Both the position numbers and the translations under genes were made by a program. Below, one piece after another: positions 19,188 through 28,757 of a stretch of DNA of 64,000 bases. Position 1 is the first letter of the stretch. Every line of letters starts with the position of its first letter. Under the pieces are notes generated by a model that had not been told where the DNA came from, searched no databases, and saw only the letters and a program-made list of their open reading frames with translations. Source of the stretch: Deltaproteobacteria bacterium (lineage in GTDB: Bacteria > Myxococcota > Kuafuiibacteriia > Kuafuiibacteriales > Kuafuiibacteriaceae); NCBI GenBank assembly GCA_040218735.1, contig JAVJQW010000015.1, forward strand, positions 64,001-128,000, given 5' to 3'.

Positions 19188-20062
19188 GGCGCACGCTCCG
19201 GGTAGTCGGAGATCACGAAGTCCACAGGCCACGCGCAGTACCGCGACAGCTCCGCCTCGGAGTTCAAGGTGAACACCACGACCTCCAACCCTTCGTGGCG
19301 CGCCGCGCGCGCGCTGGGCCAGTCGAGCACCTGGAACGCGGTCGTCACGCCGTCCGCGCCCGCGTCGTGCGCGGCGTCGAGGATGTCGGCGAAGCCGAGC
19401 GTCGACGCGAGCTCGGCGCCGATCGCCTGCCCGACCCCCGAGCCGCCCGGCGGGAACCGTGGCCAGCCGCGGAGCGTCTTCACGGGCGTATCGGCGAACG
19501 CCGCAACACCTTCGTCGAACGTCGACTCCACGTAGACGACGTTCGGCACGCCAACGAGCGCGTCCTTCACCGCGGGGGCGAACACATCGAGCGGCACCGT
19601 CTCGTCGGGCGCGTACTTGAGATCGAGGTAGAGCGCGATCTCGGACTTCGCCGACGCGATGGTGAAGAACTCCTCGAGCGGGAGGACCGTATCGGAGACG
19701 ACCTCCGCGTCGGGCGTCGACGGATCCGCCACGCCGCCGCAGCGGTAGTCGGCGACGAGCTCCGCGGCGGTGAGATCGCGGATGAAGATCCGCTCGCCGA
19801 TCTCCGACCCGTCCGCTCGACGACACAGCGTCTCGGACACCCACGGGTCATGGTGAAGGAACGGGACGCCGTCGGCGGTGACGACGACATCGACCTCGAT
19901 CATCGGGTAGCCGCGCGCCACGCTTCCTTCGACCGCGGTGCGCGAGTTCTCCGGCCAGTAGCCGGCGGCTGCGCGGTGCGCGACGACCGTCGGCGTGCCC
20001 GCGGGATCGAGGAAACCGCATCCGCCGAAGAACACGGTCGCGAGGATGAAGAGCCTGGCCAC
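19178..20062 (-). CDS. Glycerophosphodiester phosphodiesterase (GDPD) lipoprotein
   Basis: VAHRAAAGYWPENS and IEVDV...DGVPFLHHD motifs; VISDYP; lipobox FGGC. Confidence 0.85.
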   Translation of the reverse strand: MARLFILATVFFGGCGFLDPAGTPTVVAHRAAAGYWPENSRTAVEGSVARGYPMIEVDVVVTADGVPFLHHDPWVSETLCRRADGSEIGERIFIRDLTAAELVADYRCGGVADPSTPDAEVVSDTVLPLEEFFTIASAKSEIALYLDLKYAPDETVPLDVFAPAVKDALVGVPNVVYVESTFDEGVAAFADTPVKTLRGWPRFPPGGSGVGQAIGAELASTLGFADILDAAHDAGADGVTTAFQVLDWPSARAARHEGLEVVVFTLNSEAELSRYCAWPVDFVISDYPERAPCL

Positions 20063-20155
20063 GTGGCGTACTCTGCTACGTCGTCCCCGCCGGGGCTACA
20101 TCATCAGCCCCACTTCGAGACACCCTCGCTCGCAATCGGTCGAGCGTGGCTCTGC

Positions 20156-21481
20156 ATGGCCGACAAACCGGGTGTGTTGCATCGCCTCGCATCGCTGACA
20201 CTTCTTTGCCTCCTAGCGGCTTGCGTCGACTGGCCGGAGCCGCCCCCCGACCAGACGTTCACGGAGGACGAGCTGGCGATCCTGCGGACCGAGCTCGGCA
20301 CGCTCCCCGAGCTCCCGCCCGATCCGACGAACCGGGTCGACGAGGACCCCCGCGCGATCGCGCTCGGGCAGAAGCTCTTCTTCGATCCTCGATACAGCGA
20401 GAACGATCAGATCTCGTGCGCGACGTGCCACGCGCCCGACATGGCGTTCCAGGACGACCGCGCGCCGACGTCTCTGGGCCTCGCGTACACGGGACGCCAC
20501 GCCCCGACGGTGATCAACGCGGCGTACAGCATGAACTCGCGTACGTGGGCCAACTGGATGTTCTGGGATGGCCGCGCGGACTCGATCTGGGGACAAGCGC
20601 TGGGTCCGCCCGAGAGCCGCGTCGAGATGGGTGGGTCGCGACTCGGGATCATCTACTTTCTCGATCGCTACTACCGCGATGAGTACGAAGCTGTGTTCGG
20701 CCCTCTGCCTCCGCTGTTCGACGAAGAGGGCGAACCGCTCTATCCGACCGCCGGCATGCCTTCCGAGGCTGCATGGGACGATCTCGACGAATCCACGAAG
20801 CAGCTGCTCAACGGCGTGTACGTCGGCTTCGGAAAAGCGATCTCTGCCTACGAGCGCCGCATCGTAAGCCGCAACGCGCGCTTCGACGCATTCATCACCG
20901 AGATCATCGATGGCGCCGACGACAGCGACGTACTCACCGCCGAGGAGAAGCTGGGACTCAAGGTGTTCATCGGCGACGGGCTGTGCATCGCTTGTCACAA
21001 GGGCCCCAACTTCTCGGACGCACGGTTCCGCAACATCGGGTTGGCTCAAGTGGGTGAGCACGTGCCGGCCGAGGACGAGGGTCGCGCGGCCGGCATCCGC
21101 AATGTCATCGACAGCCCGTTCAACTGCGCCGGGCCGTTCAGCGACCATCCCGACAAGTCGACGTGTGCCGTCGTCGACCTCGAGATGTCGGATCGCGCGC
21201 GCGCCCTCGGAACGTTCAAGACCCCGACGCTGCGCGACGTGAGCCGCTCGGCGCCGTACGGGCACACGGGCGGGCTCGCGACGCTCGAGGACGTCATCGA
21301 GCTGTACGACCGAGGCGGCGACGAGCCTGGCACCTACCAGGGGGACCTACACCCGAAGGTTCGCCCGCTGGGCCTCACCGAAGAGGAGAAGGCCGCGCTC
21401 GTCGTCTTCCTCCGCACCCTCGACGGCGAACCGCTCGAACCGTCTCTCCACATTCGGCCTCAGCTGCCGATGGGGGACTGA
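20156..21481 (+). CDS. Di-heme cytochrome c peroxidase / MauG family lipoprotein
   Basis: LGQKLFFDPR, SCATCH, FWDGRADS, CIACH, FKTPTLRDV and APYGHTG motifs; lipobox LAAC. Confidence 0.9.
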   Translation: MADKPGVLHRLASLTLLCLLAACVDWPEPPPDQTFTEDELAILRTELGTLPELPPDPTNRVDEDPRAIALGQKLFFDPRYSENDQISCATCHAPDMAFQDDRAPTSLGLAYTGRHAPTVINAAYSMNSRTWANWMFWDGRADSIWGQALGPPESRVEMGGSRLGIIYFLDRYYRDEYEAVFGPLPPLFDEEGEPLYPTAGMPSEAAWDDLDESTKQLLNGVYVGFGKAISAYERRIVSRNARFDAFITEIIDGADDSDVLTAEEKLGLKVFIGDGLCIACHKGPNFSDARFRNIGLAQVGEHVPAEDEGRAAGIRNVIDSPFNCAGPFSDHPDKSTCAVVDLEMSDRARALGTFKTPTLRDVSRSAPYGHTGGLATLEDVIELYDRGGDEPGTYQGDLHPKVRPLGLTEEEKAALVVFLRTLDGEPLEPSLHIRPQLPMGD

Positions 21482-21482
21482 T

Positions 21483-21878
21483 ATGAAACGTTCGCGAACT
21501 CCGTGGGGACACGCATTGGGGGGCGTCGTCGTCACACTGGCGCTCCTCGCAGGTCCGTCGGCTCGTGCCGACCTCGGTCTCGTCGGCGAAGGCAAGAAGC
21601 AGGAGCTCGACGCCACGCAGTTCGATGCACCGCAGAAGGAGCGTTACACGCTCTTCAAGGCGAAGTGCACGAAGTGCCACCCGATGCAGCGTCCCATCAG
21701 CGCGCTGACGACGGGGGTCACCCCGGTCTCCGGCGCCGCCTTCGACGACGCAGGCATCAAGAAATACGTCCTCAAGATGATGCGGAAGCCCAACTCCGGC
21801 ATCGAGAAGAGCGACGCACGTGAGCTGGTCGTGTTCCTACGCCACGCACGTTCGATGGCTCAGAAGGAGACACCATGA
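21483..21878 (+). CDS. Small monoheme cytochrome c
   Basis: Signal peptide; CTKCH; distal KMMRK (possible Met ligand). Confidence 0.75.
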   Translation: MKRSRTPWGHALGGVVVTLALLAGPSARADLGLVGEGKKQELDATQFDAPQKERYTLFKAKCTKCHPMQRPISALTTGVTPVSGAAFDDAGIKKYVLKMMRKPNSGIEKSDARELVVFLRHARSMAQKETP

Positions 21879-22672
21879 ACCGCTGGTTCCTGGCCGCCCT
21901 GGTCGCCTCCACGCTCGCCCCGATCGCTGAGGCCGACGCGTTCCCCGTGCACCGACGCATGTTCCGCTCCGCCTATGACAAGGCGGTGCGCTGCGAGCTG
22001 TGCCACGCGCGTGGTGGTGGCAACCGCCGCAACGCCTACGGTGACGCGTGGTTCTCGGCAGGTGAAACGATCGAGGCCTTTCGTAAGATCGAGTCGGCGG
22101 ACTCCGACGGTGACGGTGTCGTCAACATCGTGGAGATCGAAGGCGGCTCGAACCCCGGTGATCCGCGGTCGACCCCCGATGCTCCTGGCCGACGCTGGAA
22201 GTCGTCACAGCGCGTGCCGATTCCGAAGGGTCAGCTCGAGCTCGTCTTCGGGCACCCCGAGAAGATCGAAGCGGTGGAGATCGACGTCGACGACGCCAAG
22301 GCCAGCAAGATCGCCAAGGCGCTCGGACGTCCACCACGGGAGGAGGAGCGGTTCCCGACGCTCTACTTCGCGGTGAACGACGGTCGTCGCTCCGCGGTTG
22401 CGCTGTTCGGTCACCGACAGACGGCCGCGGGCCGATTCACCGTCCTCGTTTCGTTGGATGCCAAAGCGAAGGTCGACCGCATCGCGATCTTCCGGGCCGG
22501 CAAGAGCGACGGAACAGACCTCATGCCCTACGCACGCTGCCTCCAGGGGCACGGTGTTCGTGACTTGCCGCGCGCGGGTGAGTCCGGCTGTCCGCGTGTC
22601 GCCGGCAGCGAACCGATTCGCTTGACGGTCCAGTCTGCGCTGGCCACGGCCGCCGCGGCCCTCTCGAGGTAG
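21875..22672 (+). CDS. Monoheme cytochrome c with Ca-binding DSDGDG repeat and FMN-bind-like C-terminal domain
   Basis: Signal peptide; CELCH..GGG.RRNAYGDAW; DSDGDGVVNIVEIEGGSNPGDP. Confidence 0.65.
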   Translation: MNRWFLAALVASTLAPIAEADAFPVHRRMFRSAYDKAVRCELCHARGGGNRRNAYGDAWFSAGETIEAFRKIESADSDGDGVVNIVEIEGGSNPGDPRSTPDAPGRRWKSSQRVPIPKGQLELVFGHPEKIEAVEIDVDDAKASKIAKALGRPPREEERFPTLYFAVNDGRRSAVALFGHRQTAAGRFTVLVSLDAKAKVDRIAIFRAGKSDGTDLMPYARCLQGHGVRDLPRAGESGCPRVAGSEPIRLTVQSALATAAAALSR

Positions 22673-22679
22673 TCTATCC

Positions 22680-23282
22680 ATGGATGACTTGGATTTTGGC
22701 GCCGTCGAGGCGACGGCCGCCGTAGATGTCACCCCCGCCCCCGTCGTGTACGGGCTGATCGCCCTGACCCTCGTGGCTTGGGCCGCCCTGATCCTCATCA
22801 GCGCCCGTGTTGCCATGGCCCGGGGTGGAGCGACCACGTCTTCGAGTATCCTCTCCCGGCTCGCGCCGTCGCTGAAGCTCGTCGTGTCGCTGACGCTGGT
22901 CGCCGGCGTCTTTGTCCAGTTGATGGCCGCGGGGTCGGTGTGGAGTCAAACCAAGGTCGCAAACGCTTCGGCGTATGAGTACTTCCAGTACCTGTCGACC
23001 GCGAGGCTATTCGGAATCAGTCACGCGCACCTCTTCGGCTTCGCCGTGATTTATGGGTTCAACGCACTCCTCCTCTCGCTGTCCGGAGCCGCCGAGCGAA
23101 CCAAGTGTCTGCTCGTCGCGACGATCTGCTGGTCCGGGATGTTCGATGTCCTCTCGTGGTGGGGAATTCGTGAGGTCTCCGAGAACTTCGAAATCGTATC
23201 GATCGTGTCGGGGTCCGGCGCGGGAATCGGATGGCTGGTCAGCTCGACGATCGTGGTCCGCGATCTCTGGAGGCGCTCGTGA
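22680..23282 (+). CDS. Integral membrane protein (about 5 TM) with HAH motif
   Basis: Hydrophobic helices; ISHAHLFG; coupled to neighbouring genes. Confidence 0.65.
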   Translation: MDDLDFGAVEATAAVDVTPAPVVYGLIALTLVAWAALILISARVAMARGGATTSSSILSRLAPSLKLVVSLTLVAGVFVQLMAAGSVWSQTKVANASAYEYFQYLSTARLFGISHAHLFGFAVIYGFNALLLSLSGAAERTKCLLVATICWSGMFDVLSWWGIREVSENFEIVSIVSGSGAGIGWLVSSTIVVRDLWRRS

Positions 23283-23743
23283 TGAAACGTTACTCACTAA
23301 TCTTTGCCCTGGCGGCGCAGGTTCTCATGGCGCCCAAGTGTGTCCCCGAGGACGAACGCCTCACCCAGCGTGAAGTCGCCTCCCCCGTCGAGGCGGAGAC
23401 CTCCGACCGGCCGGTCATCGCGAATCCGTGCCCGGAGCCGGACACCGCAGAGCTCCTCATTCAGAACTTCAGCTTCATCATCGTCTGCGGTTGTGTCGAG
23501 GCACCGTGGCCGATGGAACAAGACGGGAGCCGGACGTGCACCATCCCCACCGGCACACGGGTACGTTGGACGTTCGCCGACAGCGAGGACCACAACGTCG
23601 TGAGTACGGCTGGCGCCTTCGACGAGTCGGGCGACCACCTCGTCGGAACTCATGAGCATGTCTTTGGCTCTCCCGGAACGCATACGTATCGGTGTGGCCT
23701 GCATCCCCGCGACATGAGCGGGTACTCGATCGTGGTGCGCTAG
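23282..23743 (+). CDS. Cupredoxin (plastocyanin/azurin-like) domain protein
   Basis: HNVVS ... YRCGLHPRDM type-1 copper ligands (H, C, H, M). Confidence 0.8.
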   Translation: MKRYSLIFALAAQVLMAPKCVPEDERLTQREVASPVEAETSDRPVIANPCPEPDTAELLIQNFSFIIVCGCVEAPWPMEQDGSRTCTIPTGTRVRWTFADSEDHNVVSTAGAFDESGDHLVGTHEHVFGSPGTHTYRCGLHPRDMSGYSIVVR

Positions 23744-24931
23744 ATGAAATATCTCGTCCTCGCCCTGTTCCTCCTCACTGCCGTCGCGGCGCCGACTTCG
23801 GCGGAGGCGATCCCCGCCTTCGCGCGAACCTACGGTGTTCCGTGCTCGACCTGTCACATCGCGATCACGCGTCGTAACGAATTCGGCGATGCGTTCCGCA
23901 AGGCAGGGTACCGGTGGCCGGGCGAAGCCGCATCCGACCGCCGCGCCCGAAGCACCCCGGACGTCGAGATGAAGGGGATCGGACTCGTGAGTGGCGCACT
24001 CCCCGGTTGGTTGCCGCTGTCGCTCTCGGCCTCCCTCTCCGGCGCCTACACGAACGACGCGGCCGTCGAGGACCCCGTAGTCCTCGGAAGTCCGTCCTTC
24101 AACCTCCTCTTTGGTGGCGCGTTCTCGGACCACCTCTCCTTCTTCGGGACCTGGGCGGGGAAGGGGAGCCCCAACGAGCTCTACCTTCATGCCGGCCGTC
24201 TGTTCGGTCGCAAGGAGCTCAACCTTCGAGTCGGCCTCTTCGAGCAGACCACGACGCTCGCGAAGAACAACGAGGCGCTCCTCACCAAGTTCGTGGTCGG
24301 TACCGGGAGTATCAACGGGCACGTCGTCGCCACGGGACGAATCGGCGCGGAGCTCAACGGACAACTGTTCGACCGAACCTTCTACGCAGTAGGCGCGGTT
24401 CAGAACGGTGGGGTGGGTTCGAACGTCGACGCCTACTACAGCGTGAGTCAGAAAATCGGCGGAATCACCCTCGACGGCGAGGAGCCGGATATCGACCTCG
24501 ACGAGCCCAGCGTCCTCGACGACATCATCCTGACGGTCTCGCACTTCGGTTACATCGGTGTGGTCGAGGATGACGCCGGTACGGATCTGACTTTGGTGCG
24601 CCGCCTCGGTGTCGAGGCTCGATTCGAGCTCTACCGGTTCGCGTTCTGGACGGGGGCGATGGTGGGGCTCGACCAGGACGTCCCCCAGAACATTCCCGCC
24701 CCCAGCATCACGTGTTACGGCGAGGCCACCTACGCGTTCCTCCCGTGGCTCGTCGGGATGTACGCGTATCAGTACCAGGACGCGGCGTCGTTCGAGCGCG
24801 AGGTGCAGCGCCATGACTTCGGTGCGGTCCTGATCCTCCCGGAGAACGTCCGTGCGCGGGCCAAGTTCGGCTTCACCGACGATGGCGAGCGCAACGAGGT
24901 CGCCGAGCTCCAGCTCTTGATGGGTATTTGA
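23744..24931 (+). CDS. Cyc2-like fused cytochrome c-porin
   Basis: Signal peptide, then AIPAFARTYGVPCSTCH...NEFGDAFRKAGY, followed by an amphipathic beta-barrel. Confidence 0.75.
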   Translation: MKYLVLALFLLTAVAAPTSAEAIPAFARTYGVPCSTCHIAITRRNEFGDAFRKAGYRWPGEAASDRRARSTPDVEMKGIGLVSGALPGWLPLSLSASLSGAYTNDAAVEDPVVLGSPSFNLLFGGAFSDHLSFFGTWAGKGSPNELYLHAGRLFGRKELNLRVGLFEQTTTLAKNNEALLTKFVVGTGSINGHVVATGRIGAELNGQLFDRTFYAVGAVQNGGVGSNVDAYYSVSQKIGGITLDGEEPDIDLDEPSVLDDIILTVSHFGYIGVVEDDAGTDLTLVRRLGVEARFELYRFAFWTGAMVGLDQDVPQNIPAPSITCYGEATYAFLPWLVGMYAYQYQDAASFEREVQRHDFGAVLILPENVRARAKFGFTDDGERNEVAELQLLMGI

Positions 24932-24938
24932 GGAAGAC

Positions 24939-27596
24939 ATGAACACCCCCGTTCGATTCGGCCTGCGGGCTCGACTACTCACCCTCACGGTCGGACTGTC
25001 CGTCGTGACCTCTGCGGGCGTGTGGTTCGTGACCACGCAGATGACTCGGAGCGCGCTCCTCGACGCTTCGATGAACGAGTTGGCCATTGGCTCGAAGAAC
25101 CTGGCTCGCACGATCTCCGACAACCTACAGGACACCTACGCCGACGCGGTGACCTCGGCGCGACTCGACATCGTCGCTCAGGCGATCGACTCGGGGGACC
25201 CGAAGAACTTCCGATGGTACGCGTCCGAGCTCGTTCGGACCAAGCCGAGGTACGTCGCGATCGTCGCGGCCGACCTCGACCACCGGATCATCGATGCTCG
25301 AATCCCGAAGGGTCGAAAGGCCCTCGCAACCGGCGCCGTCTTGAAGGCGCCGTGGGCCGAGGCGGCGCTGGACGCCAAGGTCGGCGAGGGCGTCTTCGTT
25401 CCGCCGTCGCGCCCCGACTGGTTGGCTCCGTCCCTCGCCGAGGGGGAGCGCGTCGTCGGCTTCAGCCTCCCGGTCGTCGATGTGCTCGATGAGCCCGTCG
25501 GGACCCTGACGATCTTGTCGTCGCTCGATCACGTTGGTGGCGTCCTCGACGGCTTCTCGCGCAGCAAGGGCGCCGCCCTCGCCGCCGTCGCCGTGCTCGC
25601 GACCGCTGAAGGTGAGCTGCTCGCTGCGCCGGATGGCGCCCGAGCTTGGGGGCGCGTGGATGGCTATTCGGCCTCCACGACGTGGAACGCTCCCGACGGG
25701 AACGCATTCGCGACCAAGGCCACGCCGCTCGAGGGCGTGATGGGCGTCGATGGCTGGCGCGTCGTTGCCATGCAGAGTGAAGCGACGCTCGACGCGCCGG
25801 TCGCCGCGATGGGTTTCCGACTCCTCGCCGCGTTCGGTCTCGGCCTGCTACTCACCGCGCTGGGGATGGTGCTCGTGAGTCAACGCATCGTCGACCCGAT
25901 CCGCCGTTTGATGGCGGCGACGCAGAAGGGTGATCGCGTGAGTGACATCCCAACGATCGCGGTTTCGTCGCGTGATGAGGTCGGCGTGCTCACCGAGTCG
26001 TTCAACCGGATGATCGAAGCGGTGCGTGACTACGAGGTGGGCCTGGAGCGCAAGGTCGAGGAGCGCACCGAAGCGCTCACGCGCGCGCAGCGTGAGATGC
26101 AGGACATCCTGGACAACGTTTCGCAGGGCATGTTCACGGTGGGGCGTGATGGTTCCGTGAACGGAGGCTACTCGGCCTTCACCGTGGAGGTCCTGGGCAC
26201 GGAGGACGTTCGAGGCCGACAGGCGCTCGATCTGTTGCAGGTGTCGGAGTCTCGCGATGTCATGACGACTTCGCGCATGAAGTTCTGGCTCGAGAACGTC
26301 TTCGGCGCGGATGAGTTGCAGTGGATGCTCGCGGAGGACGAACCGGTCAAATCATGGGAGCTCGAGGGCCAGGATGGGACCGCCAAGACGCTCGCGCTGG
26401 AGTACGCGCCCATCTACGAGGACGACGAGGTCGACAAGATCATGGTGGTGGCCAAGGACGTCACCGCGATCAAGGCGCTCGAGGCCGAGGTCGCGCAACA
26501 GGCTTCGAGCCTGTCGCGCATGTCCGAGATCGCCACCTTGGATCCGGAGCTCCTCGACACGTTCCTGACCGAGACGAAGGAGATCCTGGCGCTCTCGGGC
26601 GAGGCCGTCGAGCGCATCGAGGTGGATCCCGGCGACAAGTCGGCCATTCACGCGCTCTTCCGCCAGGTCCACACCATCAAGGGCAACGCGCGGGTGTTCG
26701 ACATTCGCAGCGTTCAGGATCACGCGCACCGCGTGGAGTCGGACCTCGCTCCGCTCCGCGAAGGCACGGAACCACTGACGCCCGAACAGGTGGCCGACGT
26801 GAAGTCGCGCATCGTGAGCATCGGCGCGCTGGTGCAGGAGATCGAAGCCCTCGCACGTCCGATCCTCGATCGGCGCAGCCCGGCCGCGCACAAGCGCCTC
26901 GACGAAGCCACGGTCGAGAAGGTCACGAAGACGTTCGCCGCGTTGCGACGAGATCTCGACGACGGCGTCTCACTCGACGATTCGCTGCGCGAGCTGGGCG
27001 CGGCGGTTCGCGGCCTCTCCATGCAGCGGCTCGACGAAACCTTCGAGCGGCTGGAGAAGATGGTCGTCGATCTCGCGCGAGAGCTCGACAAACCGCTCGC
27101 GGGGCTCCACTTGGACTGCGGCGATCTGCGCGTCGAGCGAAGTGCGGCGGATGCACTCCGCGACGCGCTGCTGCACATCCTCCGCAACGCCGTCGACCAC
27201 GGTATCGAGTCGGCCGATGAGCGCCGCGCCGCCGGTAAGCCGGAGCAGGCGAAACTCGAGCTCGTCGCTCGGATGGTGGACGACGAGCTCGTCGTGGAGG
27301 TTCGTGACGACGGGCGGGGGATCGACAAGGAGCGCGTACGCGCAGCCGCGAAGCGTCGCGACGTAGCGGACACCGGCGCCCTCGAGTCCATGGTCACACA
27401 GGATCTTCTGCAGCTCGTCTTCGAGGCGGGCTTCTCTACGCGAGACGAGGTGAGTGACGTGTCCGGTCGTGGCGTCGGGATGGACGTTGTGGCGCAGGCC
27501 GTCCGCGAGCTTTCGGGGCGCACAGAGCTGTCTTCGTCGCTCGGCGCCGGGACTCAGCTTTCGATCGTCGTGCCCCGAGGCGCAGTCGGTCTCTGA
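24939..27596 (+). CDS. Membrane-anchored CheA-like histidine kinase (Cache-like/HAMP/PAS/Hpt/HATPase), no CheW domain
   Basis: Two TM segments; HAMP (RDEVGVLTESFNRM); Hpt LFRQVHTIKG; HILRNAVDHGIE, DDGRGID and SGRGVGMDVV; ends right after the ATPase domain. Confidence 0.85.
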   Translation: MNTPVRFGLRARLLTLTVGLSVVTSAGVWFVTTQMTRSALLDASMNELAIGSKNLARTISDNLQDTYADAVTSARLDIVAQAIDSGDPKNFRWYASELVRTKPRYVAIVAADLDHRIIDARIPKGRKALATGAVLKAPWAEAALDAKVGEGVFVPPSRPDWLAPSLAEGERVVGFSLPVVDVLDEPVGTLTILSSLDHVGGVLDGFSRSKGAALAAVAVLATAEGELLAAPDGARAWGRVDGYSASTTWNAPDGNAFATKATPLEGVMGVDGWRVVAMQSEATLDAPVAAMGFRLLAAFGLGLLLTALGMVLVSQRIVDPIRRLMAATQKGDRVSDIPTIAVSSRDEVGVLTESFNRMIEAVRDYEVGLERKVEERTEALTRAQREMQDILDNVSQGMFTVGRDGSVNGGYSAFTVEVLGTEDVRGRQALDLLQVSESRDVMTTSRMKFWLENVFGADELQWMLAEDEPVKSWELEGQDGTAKTLALEYAPIYEDDEVDKIMVVAKDVTAIKALEAEVAQQASSLSRMSEIATLDPELLDTFLTETKEILALSGEAVERIEVDPGDKSAIHALFRQVHTIKGNARVFDIRSVQDHAHRVESDLAPLREGTEPLTPEQVADVKSRIVSIGALVQEIEALARPILDRRSPAAHKRLDEATVEKVTKTFAALRRDLDDGVSLDDSLRELGAAVRGLSMQRLDETFERLEKMVVDLARELDKPLAGLHLDCGDLRVERSAADALRDALLHILRNAVDHGIESADERRAAGKPEQAKLELVARMVDDELVVEVRDDGRGIDKERVRAAAKRRDVADTGALESMVTQDLLQLVFEAGFSTRDEVSDVSGRGVGMDVVAQAVRELSGRTELSSSLGAGTQLSIVVPRGAVGL

Positions 27597-27641
27597 CGTC
27601 GGCGTGGCGCGGGGCCTTCGCTCGGAGTATCGAGATCCTGC

Positions 27642-28625
27642 ATGGACTTCGCGACGCTCCCGCAGCCGGTCGAAACGGACGTCGAGTCGAGGGTCGATCC
27701 CCTCGTCGTGGTTCACGGCGGCGCGGGGACGATCGACCGCGCGTCGATGACCGACGCGAAGCGCGACGAGGTCGTCGCGGCCCTGCACGCCGCAGCCAAG
27801 CTCGCCTGGGATCACGCCGCGCGCGGAGGCCGTGCGCTCGACGCCGCGCAGCTCGCGGTGATGTCGATGGAGGCGGCGCCGGTCTTCAACGCGGGGGTCG
27901 GCGCGGTGTTTCGCAGCGACGGGACGCACCGACACGACGCATCGATCGTCGACGGCGCGACGCGTGCGTACGGAGCGGTCACCCAGATCACCACGACCTT
28001 ATTCCCGATCGCCGCGGCGCGGTGGGCGTTCGAACACCGCCGAGATCGCGCCGGGCTCTTCCTCGCGGGCGCCGACGCCGACGCGCTCGCGAACGACTGC
28101 GGTGTGCCCCAAGTCGACAACGCCGCGTTCGCCACGCCACACCGTCGCGAGCAGTGGGAGCGTGCGCGCGCCGCGGGCTCCGTGCACCTCGACCACGACG
28201 GCAAGCTTGGCACCGTCGGTGCCGTCGTCCGCGATCGTTCGGGACGTCTCGCCGCCGCGACCTCGACCGGCGGGATGACCAACGCCGAGCCCGCGCGGAT
28301 CGGCGACTCCGCGATCGTCGGCGCGGGGACGTGGGCCGACGCGCGCTGCGCGATCTCCTGCACCGGCGAAGGGGAGACGTTGCTCGCCCACGCGGTCGCC
28401 GCCCGCGTCGCGGCGCGTGTCGAAGCGGGAGACGCGCTCGAAGTCGCGGCCGGCGCCGTCCTGGACGCGCTCCCCGCGGGCACCGGCGGCTTGATCGCGG
28501 TGAGCGCCGACGGGGTGCTGATCGATCCGCGCAACACCGGCGGCATGTACCGCGCGCGCGTGGACGGGCAGGGCCGGTGCGTGGTCGCGATCTACGACGA
28601 CGAGATCCCCCTGGGCGCGGCCTGA
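27642..28625 (+). CDS. iaaA: Isoaspartyl peptidase/L-asparaginase (Ntn hydrolase)
   Basis: VHGGAG, FNAGVGA, GTVGAV (Thr nucleophile), ATSTGG, RIGDS and SCTGEGE motifs. Confidence 0.88.
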   Translation: MDFATLPQPVETDVESRVDPLVVVHGGAGTIDRASMTDAKRDEVVAALHAAAKLAWDHAARGGRALDAAQLAVMSMEAAPVFNAGVGAVFRSDGTHRHDASIVDGATRAYGAVTQITTTLFPIAAARWAFEHRRDRAGLFLAGADADALANDCGVPQVDNAAFATPHRREQWERARAAGSVHLDHDGKLGTVGAVVRDRSGRLAAATSTGGMTNAEPARIGDSAIVGAGTWADARCAISCTGEGETLLAHAVAARVAARVEAGDALEVAAGAVLDALPAGTGGLIAVSADGVLIDPRNTGGMYRARVDGQGRCVVAIYDDEIPLGAA

Positions 28626-28717
28626 CCTGGCCGCGAACGTTTCGGCTCGGTGCAGCACGTTTCGCCGCGTGCAACCCGAACACCCCCGATGCAATCGAGG
28701 CTCCGGGCTCCCGCGTC

Positions 28718-28733
28718 TGGCACGACTTATGCG
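28718..28733 (+). promoter_or_regulatory. Putative sigma-54 promoter for the USP gene
   Basis: TGGCACGACTTATGCG, GG-N10-GC, about 25 nt before the ATG at 28758. Confidence 0.55.
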
Positions 28734-28757
28734 AACCAGCGCCGCCGAGGGAACCCC

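Noticed and set aside
19016-20155. N-terminal extension of the 821-aa cytochrome c peroxidase ORF
   Set aside because: Antisense to the GDPD gene; the lipoprotein signal begins near 20156.
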